From Camelus ferus (Eukaryota), in NCBI RefSeq assembly GCF_009834535.1, contig NC_045696.1:77750001-77814000 (forward strand): a stretch of 64,000 nt of DNA, read 5' to 3'. A program made the position numbers and the translations under genes. Shown here piece after piece: positions 1 to 13,030 of the stretch. How positions within the stretch are numbered: position 1 is the stretch's first letter; the number at the start of each line of letters is the position of its first letter. The notes beneath the pieces are model-generated. The model saw only the letters and a list, made by a program, of their open reading frames with translations, was not told where the DNA came from and ran no database searches.

Positions 1-100
1 TATATATAGATTTTTCTTGATGGTTATTTTCCTTTCTTCCATCTACTAACAAAAAGAACAAAACTTTCTCAACATTTTCATGAAAGTGTTTCTCTCCTAC

Positions 101-196
101 CTTGGTAATGGTCTCATGAAGGTTGAAAAAAGGATCCATTTCTTCAATTTTTGTTGCATGTTTAGGGAAAAGGGCCTCAGAGAGAAAACTCGGACC
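101..196 (-). CDS. NAALADL2: Internal coding exon (96 bp, phase 0/0) of NAALADL2; encodes GPSFLSEALFPKHATKIEEMDPFFNLHETITK (probably exon 11 in human numbering)
   Basis: Minus strand reads ggttttccacag|GGT CCG AGT TTT ... ACC AAG|gtagga, with canonical AG/GT and 32 open codons. The peptide matches recalled human NAALADL2 GPSFLSEARFSTRATKIEEMDPSFNLHETITK and continues in frame from the exon at 45194-45340. Confidence 0.95.
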
Positions 197-846
197 CTGT
201 GGAAAACCAGCAAATAAACAACTTAAACTCTTCATTGATTTTATTTTTCAAGTGTTTATTGGATCTTCTTTAAAGATTCAGAAGGACTCTAAATTGCCTT
301 AAGGTTTCTTTTGATTGTTGGACTTCATTCTACTGATTTAATTAACCAATCACAAAATATAAATTAAAATGAGCAGAATTCTGTAACTCAACATTATTTG
401 TACTTACAAAAGAATGTTTTCTTACTCAGAAGATATGATTATTTGCATGCAGTCCCTTCCCCCTTTTTCCAAATGCCGACTTACTGTAGAGTAAGATATC
501 TTGGATACAAAACCCATATCTGAAACCCTTTCTCTATTTTATATATTAAATTATATGCTACAAGGCTGTAGAAAGGAATGTTTTTGATTTAAAAAAAGCC
601 TAGGTGACAGGGTACATGGTATTTTGAACACTGCAAAACTTACTTCAAAACAATAGTAAGATATATTTGGGGTAGAATGACCTCGTGACTTTACCTGCTG
701 CCAATAAAGTGGTAACATATTGCATCATCAGAACCTTAATGTTAAGATGACTGAAGTGAATCGAGATACTGTAATACATTTTGTACTTGCAGGAGTAGAT
801 AGATTTCAGGATGCAAGAAGACACAGGATGTTGATAACTAACTATC

Positions 847-1212
847 TGCCATGGTCTGAATATTTACGCCCTGCTCCAACTCCACAATTCATATGCTGAA
901 ATCCTAATCTCCAAAGCAATGGTATCAGGAGATGGGGCCTTTGGGATGTGATTAGGTCATGAGGGCTCTGTTTTCACCATTGGAATCAGGGCCCTTATAT
1001 AAAAAAAAAAAACAACCTCACAGAGCTCCCTAGTTCCTTATGTGAGGATATAACAAGAATTCTGCAGCCTGAAGGAGGACCCTCACCTGACCATGAAGGC
1101 ACCCTGGTCTTGGATTTCCAGCTTCTAGAATTTACCAAATAAATTTCTGCTGTTTATAAGCCACTCAGTCTGTGATACTTTGTTACGGCGGCTCGAATGG
1201 ACTAATAAGACA
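847..1212 (+). mobile_element. MaLR solo LTR (MLT1A-like)
   Basis: TG…CA ends; typical MLT1 motifs (aattcatatgctgaaatcctaat, ggggcctttgg…gattaggtcatgaggg, tgtttataagccactcagtctgtgatactttgtta); 5-bp TSD ctatc/ctacc. Confidence 0.85.
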
Positions 1213-1671
1213 CTACCTAAAACAATGCTCTTACAGCTATCAACAGCACAAGCATCTTAGGAAGTAATTACTTAACATGGAACTTTTATTTGAAAACCTG
1301 GAGCAACTAGAATTATTTATCTAGAAAATATAAGACTTGGGATAGGATATATGTATGCATGCAGATGACAGATAAATAATCTTTCTGAAAACTATCATGG
1401 AAAAGACACATTCAATCCAGTCTACACTGACAATGAGCGCACAAGGTAACAAATTTAATTTGAATTCTATTAGAACTATTTATCAGAGCAATCCAAAAGC
1501 AGAACAGACTACTTTGGAATGTATCAGTAGTGGGAAAGAAAGTTAGGATTATGTAGTTGATAGACTCAGAAGTCATACAGATGAGAACTGAAACCAACAT
1601 AATTGCAATTCCCTATATATTAAATAATTCTGTGATCAAGCATACTCTCCACTCCCTATTTTGAACAATAC

Positions 1672-2513
1672 TGTGATAAAAAAAATAATTTAGCTGTTTG
1701 CTCTAGCATATATGTACTTTTGGATAATAAGACCATGAATCAACCGAACAGCTTACCTAGCAAGACTAACAGCTTATTTATCAAAACTTGTTTATGTTTC
1801 TCTTCTCATTTTGCCTGCCAATCTAAAACTAATTTGTCAGAAACTCTGTCCAGTCCCAACCATTACTCCACTTTTTAAGATCTGCCATAAAACCATACAA
1901 CCGAGGCATAAAATACCATACGTGTCCTTTCCCAATTTTCCCCCATTTTGAGATAATACTAAGACACAGTGCTATGGTTTGAATAATTCATACATTGAAG
2001 TCCTAACCTTCAGTACCTCAGAATGTGATCTTATTTGGAAAGAGGTCATTACATATACGAGGTCTAAATTAGAATGAGGTCACACTGGAGCAGAGTGAGT
2101 CCCTGGTACAATATGCCTAGCGTCCTTATAAAAAGAGGAAATCAGAGACAAATTTGCACACAGAGAGAAACCCATGGGAACATGAAGGCAGAGACTGGAG
2201 TGATGTGTCTACAAGCTAAGGAACTCCAAGGATTGCCTGAAGACCACCAGAAGCGAAGTAAGAGGCTTGGAACTGATTCTCTGTCACAGGCCTCAAAAGG
2301 AACCAATACGGATAAAATCTTGAACTGTTAACATGATCCATCTGTTCTTTAAGTCATTCATCCTGTGCTACTTTGTTATGGCAGCCCTCAGAAACTAATA
2401 CACTCAGTCAAGGTGGTATTGTTCTTTAACAGCTTTGATACTCTTAATTTTGTTTATCAACAGGTTGGTTGTTTTTTTTTTTTTTTTTTTTGAGTTATTT
2501 TAGGCAGTCAACA
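1672..2513 (+). mobile_element. Old ERV-type LTR (possibly MER67/MER89-like) split by the MLT1 at 1970-2402
   Basis: Starts tgtgat…, ends …gtcaaca. The sequence runs on across the MLT insertion (ccccattttgagataatactaagacacag | tcaaggtggt). Confidence 0.4.
1970..2402 (+). mobile_element. MaLR solo LTR (MLT1C/B-like)
   Basis: tgctatggtttgaat…gaatgtgatcttatttggaa…gtccttataaaaagagga…ttgttatggcagccctcagaaactaataca; TSD cacag/ctcag. Confidence 0.85.
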
Positions 2514-3744
2514 TATAAGTAAGTTAGAATTTTGGTTCTGGCACTTAATTGTGCCATCTTAAGCAACTTAGTCTCCAAAGGATTAGTTATAGCATCTAAG
2601 AAACTTGGATAATAACATACTTCACTGAGGTGCTATGAACTGTCCAATGCCGGCCACACAGGAGACACTGTGTTAATGGCAATGATGATGTTGCTAAAAA
2701 CAGTAAACATCATAATATTGATAGGGTGGTGATGACGGTAGGATGCTGAACTAAAGGAAATCCAGTCTGTATGATTCTAGGAGAAACACACAATTTGCAT
2801 AGAGATATCTTTAAATTAACTTTAGTGAAAGTATGGCATGGACAATTTGTGGCACTTATTTTCATGTAATAACTAAGTTTGAAGTCCTTCAAAAGTTTAC
2901 CCTATGAGTAATTATAAATAATCTTCCTGAAATAATTTCATCTTACTAGTATACTTAGCTAAACAAAACTTAATAAATAGTGCAAAGGTGAAATATCAGT
3001 CAGCCTCAAATTGAATGATCCCGTAAGAACATAAATTAGGTGTTACCATTAGTGAGGTTTTTATTGAACTTTCAATTATTCAAAAGCAGAACATTAATTT
3101 AAATGATCCATATGTGCCTTATTCTCCACTGTAATCCCCTCCTTTATCTTACTCATTCGCCTCTCTTGCCATGCCATTCTTCGTTTACAGCACCCCTTTT
3201 TCAGTCATTAAAAAAAGAATACGCATTTAACACTTACTATATGCCGAGTGCTTCACTAAATGCAGGATACAGTCCTTAATCTCAGGAAGTTGAATCTAAT
3301 AGGATTTGGACACATAACAGATCAAACATTACTGTCTCTGAAAATACTAGCACCATCATTCTTTTTCATGTATATGTGAATATATAATCATTACTTACAC
3401 ACAGGTATATATCCTGACATAAAAATCATGAAAAGATTAAAAAGTATATATGCTTTTGGAAGCTCTTCACCACTATCACATTAAGTACGAGGAATGGCTG
3501 TTTAATAATGGCTCCCATCTGCTGATGAAGAAAGGGAGGCAAAGCACAATTAAGCATTGAGAAAGCACTTTTGTTGAGAATGACTCACTGATAGATAGAC
3601 TGAAATGGAGTTAAGTCAAGATATGGAAAACTTCATACTGTATGTCTGCCACATGGAGAACTTAGTAAGACTACAGAAGAAGGGATATTGATAAGAAAAG
3701 TTTATCCAGGATCCAGTTTAAAATTCAGTTTATCTCCCCAGCCC

Positions 3745-4770
3745 CTAAACTACCTGTCCTTCCTGGAACATTTGACAACATTTAGCACACCTTCCTTCTT
3801 TTAACTCTTTTGTCTTAAGTCCGTGATTAGACTCTGCTGGTTCTCTATATGTTATTTTCTACCTGTATCTGATTTTTTTTTTTTTTTTCTACTTTGAACC
3901 CTTATTGTTTCTAAGTGGTCTACCCACAGTCTTCTCCTTTTCACAGACTCCCTAGGTGGTTTTGTCTACTTTTCTGGCTTCAACTACCAACTTCAGACCA
4001 ATAGTTCCCCAATATCTCTAGGCTTAATTTCTGCTTTTAGTTTACCATTTTTGTTTGTCTACAAGATCCTTCAGACACATCAACTTATGTTCCAAATTAT
4101 GAGCCTGTGTTTCCCCACTGTCACCTTCATTTCTTATTTTGGATGATCGTGTAATACCTACGTTTTCCCAAACGTGAAATTTTATGCCATTCTTGACTCC
4201 AATTTCTCTCACCCTTAATACACAGAACTACACTAGCCAATTTCTTTCTATAGTGTTGAGACAATCCTCTGCAAGTTCTTATTCATTGCTATTGTACTAA
4301 TTACTTTCACCCAAACCACAGTCCTTACTTGTCTACAGACCAAAGCCAAAACTCATTAGTATATTCCACAAACAAGTCCCAACTTTAAACAGTTCTTTCT
4401 TTCCCATAAACTTCTTTGCACTATTTCCATATAGCCACTGCTATGTCAGAGCAGTCTATTTACCAAACCTTGAATACATGCAACCTTTTTCTATCTCTGT
4501 CCTCTTATTAATGCCATTTCTTCTTCTGCCTGAAATGTTTTTCCTTCATCTGTTCATCAGGCTTCTTTCAACTATTGCTTTCCTCGATCGTCACCAACCC
4601 ATCAGAGTTCATAATTCTCTTGTCAGTGTTCCCCTACCACTTTATATTTGCTTTTCCTCATTATTTATTATATTTTTGTTATATTTCTGTTTTTATCACT
4701 ATACAGTGAGCCTTTTAAGACTTGAGACTCTTTTCTTATTAAAATAGTCTAACATTGCCAGACAACCTTG
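3745..4770 (+). mobile_element. LINE-2 relic
   Basis: Degenerate L2 ORF2/3' motifs (catttgacaaca…ccttccttctt…ctgctggttctct…ggcttcaactacca…atatctctag). Confidence 0.6.
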
Positions 4771-5109
4771 ATTAAGCCATTAATCTCTCAATCTTTGTAT
4801 CACCACCCATAAAGTTGAGATGTAAATATACTTATCCTTCTCAACTCAAAAAGTTCATGTCAGGATCAAGAAAAAAAAAAAGCATATAAAGTACTCAGTA
4901 ACAAGGAAAGACCTATACTAATGCTGGATTGTGTTTGATTTTCATCCTGCTTGCCAGGAATTGCATTGCTTTTCTATATAACCAAGAGTTCAAGTTTTAA
5001 AATTTAAATCACTAAAAACATGTGTTTGTATATTAAACTCTATACAATTTTTCTTTTTGTGACATTTTTCTTTTAAAATCTACAAGTGTTAAAACAAAGT
5101 TTGAAAACC

Positions 5110-6300
5110 ACTTCTGTAGGTGACAGGAAGTCCTTGGAGGGTTTTGAATAGGGCGGATGATATTTTCAAGTGTATACTGAGAACAGCACATACTGATGTG
5201 TATGTTGGGAATAAACTTAAAAGAGAAGTGATGGGAAACAGGAAGTATAGATAGGTTATTGCAGTAACACAGTCAGAGAGAGTGAGAGATTAGAGAGTGA
5301 GAGGACACAGGAAGTAGAAATAGAGGAGGAGATGTGTTTGATAACTGAGATAAAATTGGTTAATACTTTGTAATTACTTGGATGTAGAAATCTTAAAAAG
5401 GAGTCAAGATTGTTAGTATTTGTTAGTATTTCTAGATTTGATAAAATGAATGAATACAAATTTCATTAACTTAGAAGATATAGAAACACATGAAGGTTTA
5501 GGAGAAAAAAAAATAAATCTTAAACATTCACAGTGATGTGTTTGTGGGACCTCGATATGAAGTTATTCCAGAAAATGAGTGATTTTATTGTTCAAGAAAA
5601 ATTTGGTTCAAGACTAAATCCTGGACTAAAGATATAACAACAGTTTGAGTACATGGTAGTTAAAATGTAAAGTGCACATAGAAGTACACTGAGTGTAAAG
5701 ACAATGAGATCTCTGACTGTCACTGATATTTAAGGGGTGGGAGAATAAAAGGAAAACCAATGAAGACATTAAAGATAGAATTATCAGAGAAATGTAAACA
5801 TAATCATGTGAGAGTGATTTCACAGGAGTCAAAAAGGTAGAGAATGTTTGTGAATGAATAATCAGTGCTTCAAGGGAAGTGAAGGAATACATTAAGATAA
5901 AACCTGTCCATCGGAAGTAGCATTTCAGAGATTCCCAGTGTTTTTTTTGTCACCGGAGTCTCTGTGGATTCATGAGCACAGGAGACAATGTGATCGGTTT
6001 AGAGAATAAATGTGAGGAGAAGAAAGGAAAACATCACCTACGAACTACATTATTCTCTAGAAATCAAGATTAGGTTCAGAAGTTAGAAAAAAGTGATCAT
6101 CAACTACAAAGAGTAAAAGAATCAAGAACGAGTTTATTTGTCACATTTCAGACATGACTGATAGGGGTGTATTTTTGGTGTAAGAGAAAGCAACCAGAAT
6201 GTAAGAAGGGTCAATAAATACAGGAAAATTGGGGAGAAATAAAATGGATCACAGTTTTAAAGAAAAGTAATTCAAAGCTTAGTAAAGTTACCCAGAAATC
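5110..6300 (-). mobile_element. LINE-2 relic (reverse orientation)
   Basis: Purine-rich antisense L2 motifs (gtaggtgacaggaagtccttggagggttttgaatagg, ggagtcaagat, gatatttaaggggtggg). Confidence 0.55.
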
Positions 6301-6629
6301 AGAATTGTAAGTAGATGAGCCATTGGAGAGAAAGATGATGAAATGAGGGCAGGCTATAAATATGGTGGAAGACAGTGTTAGCATGTACACAGAGGTGGAA
6401 AAAAGTTAAAAAAACAAAAAACAAAAAACCCAAAAAGGTTATAATTAATTCAGCTCTAGATTAGATTGAACTTTCACTATCATCTTAACATATATCCTTT
6501 GCATCTTTTTCCCAGAAATAATCACTTAAAATATTTAGTTCATGTAGATTTAGTGGGTGTTGAACTAGACAAAAACATTCTGCACACATTTTTTCTAAAT
6601 AGTTGGCACTCAATGACAATGACTTGGAA

Positions 6630-6870
6630 TTAACGGGCTAATAATGCACTTTCCATATGTGAGCACTAGGCTAAGTGTGCTAAGTGCACCACCTAATTAA
6701 ACCAATACACTTACGTTTAAGGTAGGAACACTGCCCCCTCTTTCCAAATAGGGGAATTGAGAACCAATGAATCTCAGACACTAGTTCAAGATCATATTAT
6801 AAGTGGTAGAGGTAGATTCAATCCCAAGTCTCTCTGACTCCACGGCCCGCACTTTCATTCCTGAGCCACA
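6630..6870 (-). mobile_element. MIR SINE
   Basis: Antisense MIR core (…gttcaagatcata…taagtggtagaggtagattcaatcccaagtctctctgactcca). Confidence 0.65.
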
Positions 6871-8769
6871 TCTCCTCCTTACTGCCAAAGTTGCTCATAG
6901 CCTAAGATCCTGTGCTTTTGAATTTAAGAAAGGATGATTTCCAACTCTTTTTCCAGTTCCCTCCAAGTCTTAGTTGACACAAGCAGCATGAACACTACGC
7001 ACAGTTTAAAGATATAATCACAGACTCCCTACTTAGACCAAATACAATTGAATCTAAAATGTCCCACATGCACTTTCCTCATTGCAGTATTTTTCATTCT
7101 GCAGCCAGAGAATATACACATCAATACTTAAATTTAATATACGAAATTAAAACACTTGCAAGCTTTGAATGGCACTCACATTCAAACATGCTGGGCTGAG
7201 GAAAAAGGTAATTAGAGCCATAATTTTTGAAACATGACATTCTTATCACTACTCAAAGTAAAACAGATCTGAGATAATCTGGAGTTTAAACAGAAGTATA
7301 ACCATCCAAGGGTCACATATGGAACATTAGGACATTATTTTCTGAATTCACTCATTTTTTTCATTTCAATTATTTTTCCACATCTAGGAAGGTCCATAGC
7401 ATTGGCTTTATTGACAATATTCAAGGCACCTTTATAGTTCTATTCATATTGATCTAGCATCCTAATTTGAGACCAGAATGAGACATTAGAAACCTTAATT
7501 TAACCCAAATATACAAAGCGAAACATGGAAAATTCAAATGATTAAATAACTTTTGCAAAGTCACACAATGTTTATTAGAAAACCAACACTAAATATTGGC
7601 TCTGTGTATGTTTCTTAATCATTTTGCCTTTTCTTGTAAAGTACTTTTGAGATGGGGATAATAATTGTTATAAAGTCTTAAAAATGTGAATTATTCCAAT
7701 GAAACCATGATTTATTTTTAGCCTAAAAGTTCTTACGTGTCAACAAAATACTTTTAAAAGATCCAGTCTTCATATTTTAGACTTTTTTCAAGCTAATCTC
7801 CTCTACATATTTTGCCTTCTTTCCTCCCTTAATCATTGAATGTGTGCTTGTCTTACATATTAATAAATACACACCACGTACCATTAGTTAAAAAGTCTGT
7901 GTTTATGTTTTATTTTGTTGTTTTTTTACATCATGCTTTCTAGGCAGATCAGGAGGCAGGGAAAGTTAAGCTATAGCAACAAATAAACAATAAAAGATGC
8001 TCTTAGCAGACAGAATATGTCACAAATTAAGGCACTGTTATAATAAATGCCTTTAGTTAATATTTTGGTGGCACTGAGCAGTTTGATGGTACCTGTTGAG
8101 TGAACAGAGATACAGACACATTCTTTCCCTTCTCTTTCTGGCCTACACTTTCTAGACCTGAAATTTCAGCTTTGGTCAGTTAAGTGACATACACGCACTT
8201 ACATTTATGACACTGTAGCCAACTCTACAATTCTACTATTTCAATGACACAAAGCCTAAAAAGGGAAGGAGGCACTTTCACAACTTCTAAACAATAAGAA
8301 CAACTAAACCACTTACCTGGAACACTTTTCTACAGAAGTACTATCTACACACCAAAATGTCAAGATAGTACAGATTTCCTGATTGGTGGGAAGCTTAACA
8401 GAATTTCCAGTATATATGCTAAATACTGTTTAGCAAAAGGTCATAACACCCTTGACACTTGAATATAATTTGATCACAAAAGATGTGTTGTAACTTAAGC
8501 CAGAGTTCCTAAATATTTTTAAACCAAGTATCATTTTAAAATATGTATTAAACGTCTTCATCGTTTCAGAGATTCTGGCATGCCTACTCTTGTGGATGAA
8601 GGATTAAGGAGGGATGTGGAGGTATCATACTCCCCTTGAGAATCACTGGTAAACAAAAGACATATATTTACATACAGATCTTCCCTAAAGTAAAAAAAAA
8701 AACAAAAACAAAAACTATACTTATACTGTAAATATAGGAATTTATGTCAATCCTTGAGTTCTATAACAT

Positions 8770-8990
8770 GCACTGAAAAAGATGCTTTATGTATTATAAA
8801 TAATATCTAATCCTAATAGAGCACACAGCAGATATTAGTTCAATTAGTCCTCATAAAATCCTTATTAAGTAGATACTATCATTATCCCACTTTACAGATG
8901 AAGAAACTGAGTCACAGTGAGTTTAAGTATTTTGCCTAAGCAGTAAAGCTGGGAAATGAATCCAGGCGGTATCTATGTTCTTAACCATTA
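8770..8990 (-). mobile_element. MIR SINE
   Basis: actatcattatcccactttacagatgaagaaactgagtcacagtgagtttaagta is the antisense MIR core. Confidence 0.75.
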
Positions 8991-11471
8991 TAAAAATATA
9001 CTGCCTACAAATTTTAATATTGACTTAACATATTTTTGAGAGTCCTTGCAGGTAAGGAAAAATGAAATCATGTTCACCTTGTATAAATTTCAAATATGAA
9101 TAAAATACACATCTGCGTGTAATGTACTTTAGAATCTTTGATTGCCCTGAACTTCTCTTAGCTTGTAAACTCATCTTTTTCTCAGTAATTTTAAATTCAT
9201 GCTCTATGCTATCATATTTTAATTTTTTTCAATAGACTATATGAAACTAGAACACCCTCAAATATTTTTGGTACTTATACTGAGTTAGGCAACAGAGATG
9301 TTATTTCCATTTTCCTACGAAGTGTAAATAACCATGAAGTAAAGGAGTCAGTACCATAACCTCAAGTCAGTGAATTAGCCAAGCACTCTGTTCTCCTGAG
9401 CTTGCCTCCTTTCTTTTGGGGGACAGGCAGTTCTCAAAGTATCAGCCATGTGCTAACAGATGATTAAACCTCACAGCCAGTCAGCTGGAGTCCTGCAGAA
9501 GGCTCCAGGAGGAGACGCTATGGACGAGAGAAAGCCACTCAAGAGCTCAGAGCAGCAGCTATTTCTCAACTCTACTAACTTATTTCAGACAGAGCTGGTT
9601 CAGCTCTCCCGGGGCATGCCGACTACTCTTGGAGGTAGGCCATGGCACCTAACAGCATCGTGACACAATTACCATTCTGCGTATCACTGTAAATTCAGGA
9701 CACACACAAATAACTTGCGAGGTAGAAAAAGAAAACTGATATTCTCAGATCTTGGAGGGAGAGAAGATTTCTCAATACTGAGGAGTACAAATGTTAATAC
9801 GGTTTTGAGGAAAACCTGGTCTCTCTGGTAAGGTCTCAAGTCAATTTAACACACCATTTCTTGGAGGTCAGAGCCTGTTAGCCCCCTGAAAAGTTTTCTG
9901 TTGAACAGTCAGTAAATGCATTTCTCAGGACTGTGTTTAATCAACTGTGAAAGAAATGAGGGATTTAAAAGTCTTCGAGTTAAGGGCAAAAGAAGCTAAC
10001 CATCAGGTTAAGAAGAAACAAATACATTATTCAAATCCTGGGAGAGACACTGTAGTCCTTCAAAGTCCTTTTGCTAGAAATAGAAAGAGATTACCTTTAT
10101 AATCTCTTCCATAATCTGGGTGAAATTAAACCTGGAAAATTAGCCTATCTGAAATTTTGCCATTCATTATACTACTCTTATAAGTTTAAAATCCTTTTTT
10201 TTTTTTTTTTTTTTTGGCCAAATGCAAAGCCTGATGTGGGTTAAATTGTGGCAAAACCAGAGGAGCACAATTCTGGAAACAAGTAGCAATTTAAATCCCT
10301 CCCAGCCCACCTCCCCTCTTCCTTTCTGCTAGCCCACGCCATCAGTCTTCCATTTAACAACATATGAATGACTTCACATTAATACAGTCAGATAACCTTG
10401 GGCAAATTATGTATTTCTATTCCTGTTACTACTTACTAAAGACTTAATGAAAGTCTTTATTTCCTCATGTATCCCAGGGAGCATAGGTAGATTTAATTTC
10501 AAGGACTGAAAATGATTTCTGGAATATCTTTAGTTGGAGGCAACGTTTTCCTTCAGCAAAATGCATTCATTTTAATCATTCATTCCATTTATTCATTTGG
10601 AAATCAATAAAGACACTAAATTAATTCTGCAATTTACTAAAGCAAAAATTCCATTTAATTGAATAAGTGTTTAAGAGAAGAGCTACTATTTTAGCCCCAG
10701 TGGATACAACATGTAAGCTATGTTTGTCTCTTATTGAGTCTCTAAAGACTATTCTAAGCTCGACCAAAAAATTATCCAACTCCCAACACAGAATAGACTA
10801 TTTCCTTTGTGAACTAAAATATAAAGAAAGAAAATATGCTTTTGGTTCATTTGTGATAGCATCTTTTCTTAATTATCATTTGAGAATAATCAGTTATCTT
10901 AATTTTCCTCTGTCCTCATTTAAAGACAGTGAAATTAAAAAAAAAAACAAAACACAGATGTTCCCACTTTTCAAACAATGGATCACTTCTGATTAAACTT
11001 CGATTGAACATTAAACTTTCAAACTTAAAATAAATTGCCTCTCTTTTCTTTTTAATTTGGACCCAATTTCCAGCTGCCCTCAGGTCACTTGATGGTAATT
11101 AATTGATTTATGAATCAACTGAAAGGAGATTCAAATTGGAAAAAAAGAAAAATTGTGAGTTTTTTTCTAGATTTATGACCAATATTTTATAAGTGACTGA
11201 ATCCTCCCTAAGTTATTTATATTCATCATTTAGCAAATTTCACATTTATAAGGTATTTTTAGGAAAGTTAAATGTTCACATTTAATTTCACTTTAGATTA
11301 TTTATTATTTGCCTTTGAGGAAAATTTTAATCAAAGTACCATATCACAATTATTAGCACAATTATTAAGTTATTCCATTGTGATTTGATAGAATAACCAA
11401 ATCTGAAGGGCTGCAGCAGTAATTCTCATCAACCTCTCAATATAGGCAGCAAGGTATATTAAGTTAAATAG

Positions 11472-11637
11472 GAATTTTGTTTCTTTCTTTTTTTTTTTTT
11501 TTAGATTTTTTTTGGGGGGGGAGGAGGTAATTAGGTTATTTATGTATTTACTTTTTATGGAGGTACTGGGGATTGAACCCAGGACCTCGTGCTTGTTAAG
11601 CATACTCTCTACCACTGAGCTATACCTTCCTTCCCTC
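11472..11637 (-). mobile_element. tRNA-derived SINE of camelid type with A-rich tail
   Basis: Minus strand ggaaggtaTAGCTCAGTGGtagag…gaggtcctgGGTTCAATCCccagtacctcc (Pol III A and B boxes), then aaataacctaattacctcc…(A)n tail; candidate TSD taaatag at 11465-11471 and 11638-11644. Confidence 0.85.
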
Positions 11638-12659
11638 TAAATAGTATAATAATTTTTGAACCTAGGTTTGAATTCTGCCTCTGCTAGTTACTGTGGTGAC
11701 TCTGAACAGGCACTTTAACTCTCTGACATTGTTTCTTAGGAGTATTATCGAAATCTTGACATAATGCACTCAGTATTATTGTATACTATTATTATTATAG
11801 CCACATATTTAAAACATATATGTTAATAATAAATATATTAATAATAGTTATATATTAAGTATTATTAAATGAGACAATCCAACAAGCAAAACACTTAGGT
11901 GGCACAGAGCAGTAGCTCAATAGTAACACATTATTACTACTATTATTATTATTATTACTATATTAATGTATCTTACTTAACTCTGTATTCTCAGTGCTTA
12001 GTATGACTTCAGACACATTAATAAATACATGTTTGAGCTTAATATATTTGAATATCAGAATCATACATTATCAAACATACCATACTGAAAGGGAAAAGAC
12101 AGAGTTTTTAAATCCTCAAAAATGTCTTGAATATTTTAAAGAATTTTGATACATTACTTGCAAATTAAAAATTCAAAGTAGCAAATAATAAATCCTGGAT
12201 TGTAAGACAAGTAAGCAAAAAGACAAGAGCTTTAGGTGCTCTTTTAAACTATTGTAGCTCCCTGTGTGGCCACGGGCACATGTCAAATATTTTCATGCTC
12301 TCTCCCCTCATCTCTAGCAGTTAAACAAATGTTTATTGAGCTACAGGTTATTCCTTACCCATGCACAAAGAATAAATTACAGCCATTAAGATTAAGAAAC
12401 AGACAAACAAGAAGAGAAATGAAGGTGCAAGTATGCAAACATGTGTATGAATGTGTTTGTGTCTGCGTGTGGAGAGAGAAATGAAGATAAATAAAATTTA
12501 CTGATGCACACAATCTGGAAAGATATATACACATATGTATGCAAATACATATATATATATAGCAACAGTAGATTTATGTATATATGCGATATATAAATAT
12601 GGTATGTTTGTTTATGCATTTATGAAGAAATAAAATTTACTTAACAAACTAAATGACAA

Positions 12660-13030
12660 AATAGAGACATACACAGGATGCTAATTTCAAATGATGGATT
12701 GGGGGTTCAGAGAAGGGACCCTGGGGAAAGCGCTTTCTTCACTCGATTTTGAAAGGTAAGATGCAGTTAGGAAGAAAGAGGATTTAGCATATTGGAAGCA
12801 AAGGGAAAAGCATGTTCAAAAGCAGACAGGTGAAGAACTTGCTCAGTAGCTGGATACTCTCAGAATTTGGTGTTAACTGGCTAGGATGAGTTGGCCAGGC
12901 ACAAGGACGTGACATAAAGGAAAGTCACTGGAGATCTTAATACAACGCCAACGTATTTGGATTTTATTCTGAAGATAATCAAGAGGCAGCTTTAAGGTTT
13001 TAAACAGGGAGTGAGGAAGTTTGATTAGGT
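12660..13030 (-). mobile_element. LINE-2 relic
   Basis: Antisense L2 motifs (gcaaagggaaaagcatgttcaaaagc, tttggattttattctgaagataat…aggttttaaacagggagtga). Confidence 0.55.

Noticed and set aside
4478..4747. Hydrophobic 89-aa ORF resembling a membrane peptide
   Set aside because: T-rich L2 relic yields Phe/Leu-rich frames by composition.
9440..9670. GC-richer block with short stem-loops and a 67-aa ORF
   Set aside because: Stems are only 6-7 bp and no homology was recognised.
11560..11632. tRNA-like sequence with A and B boxes
   Set aside because: Followed by a SINE body and A-rich tail with TSD; it is a SINE head, not a tRNA gene.
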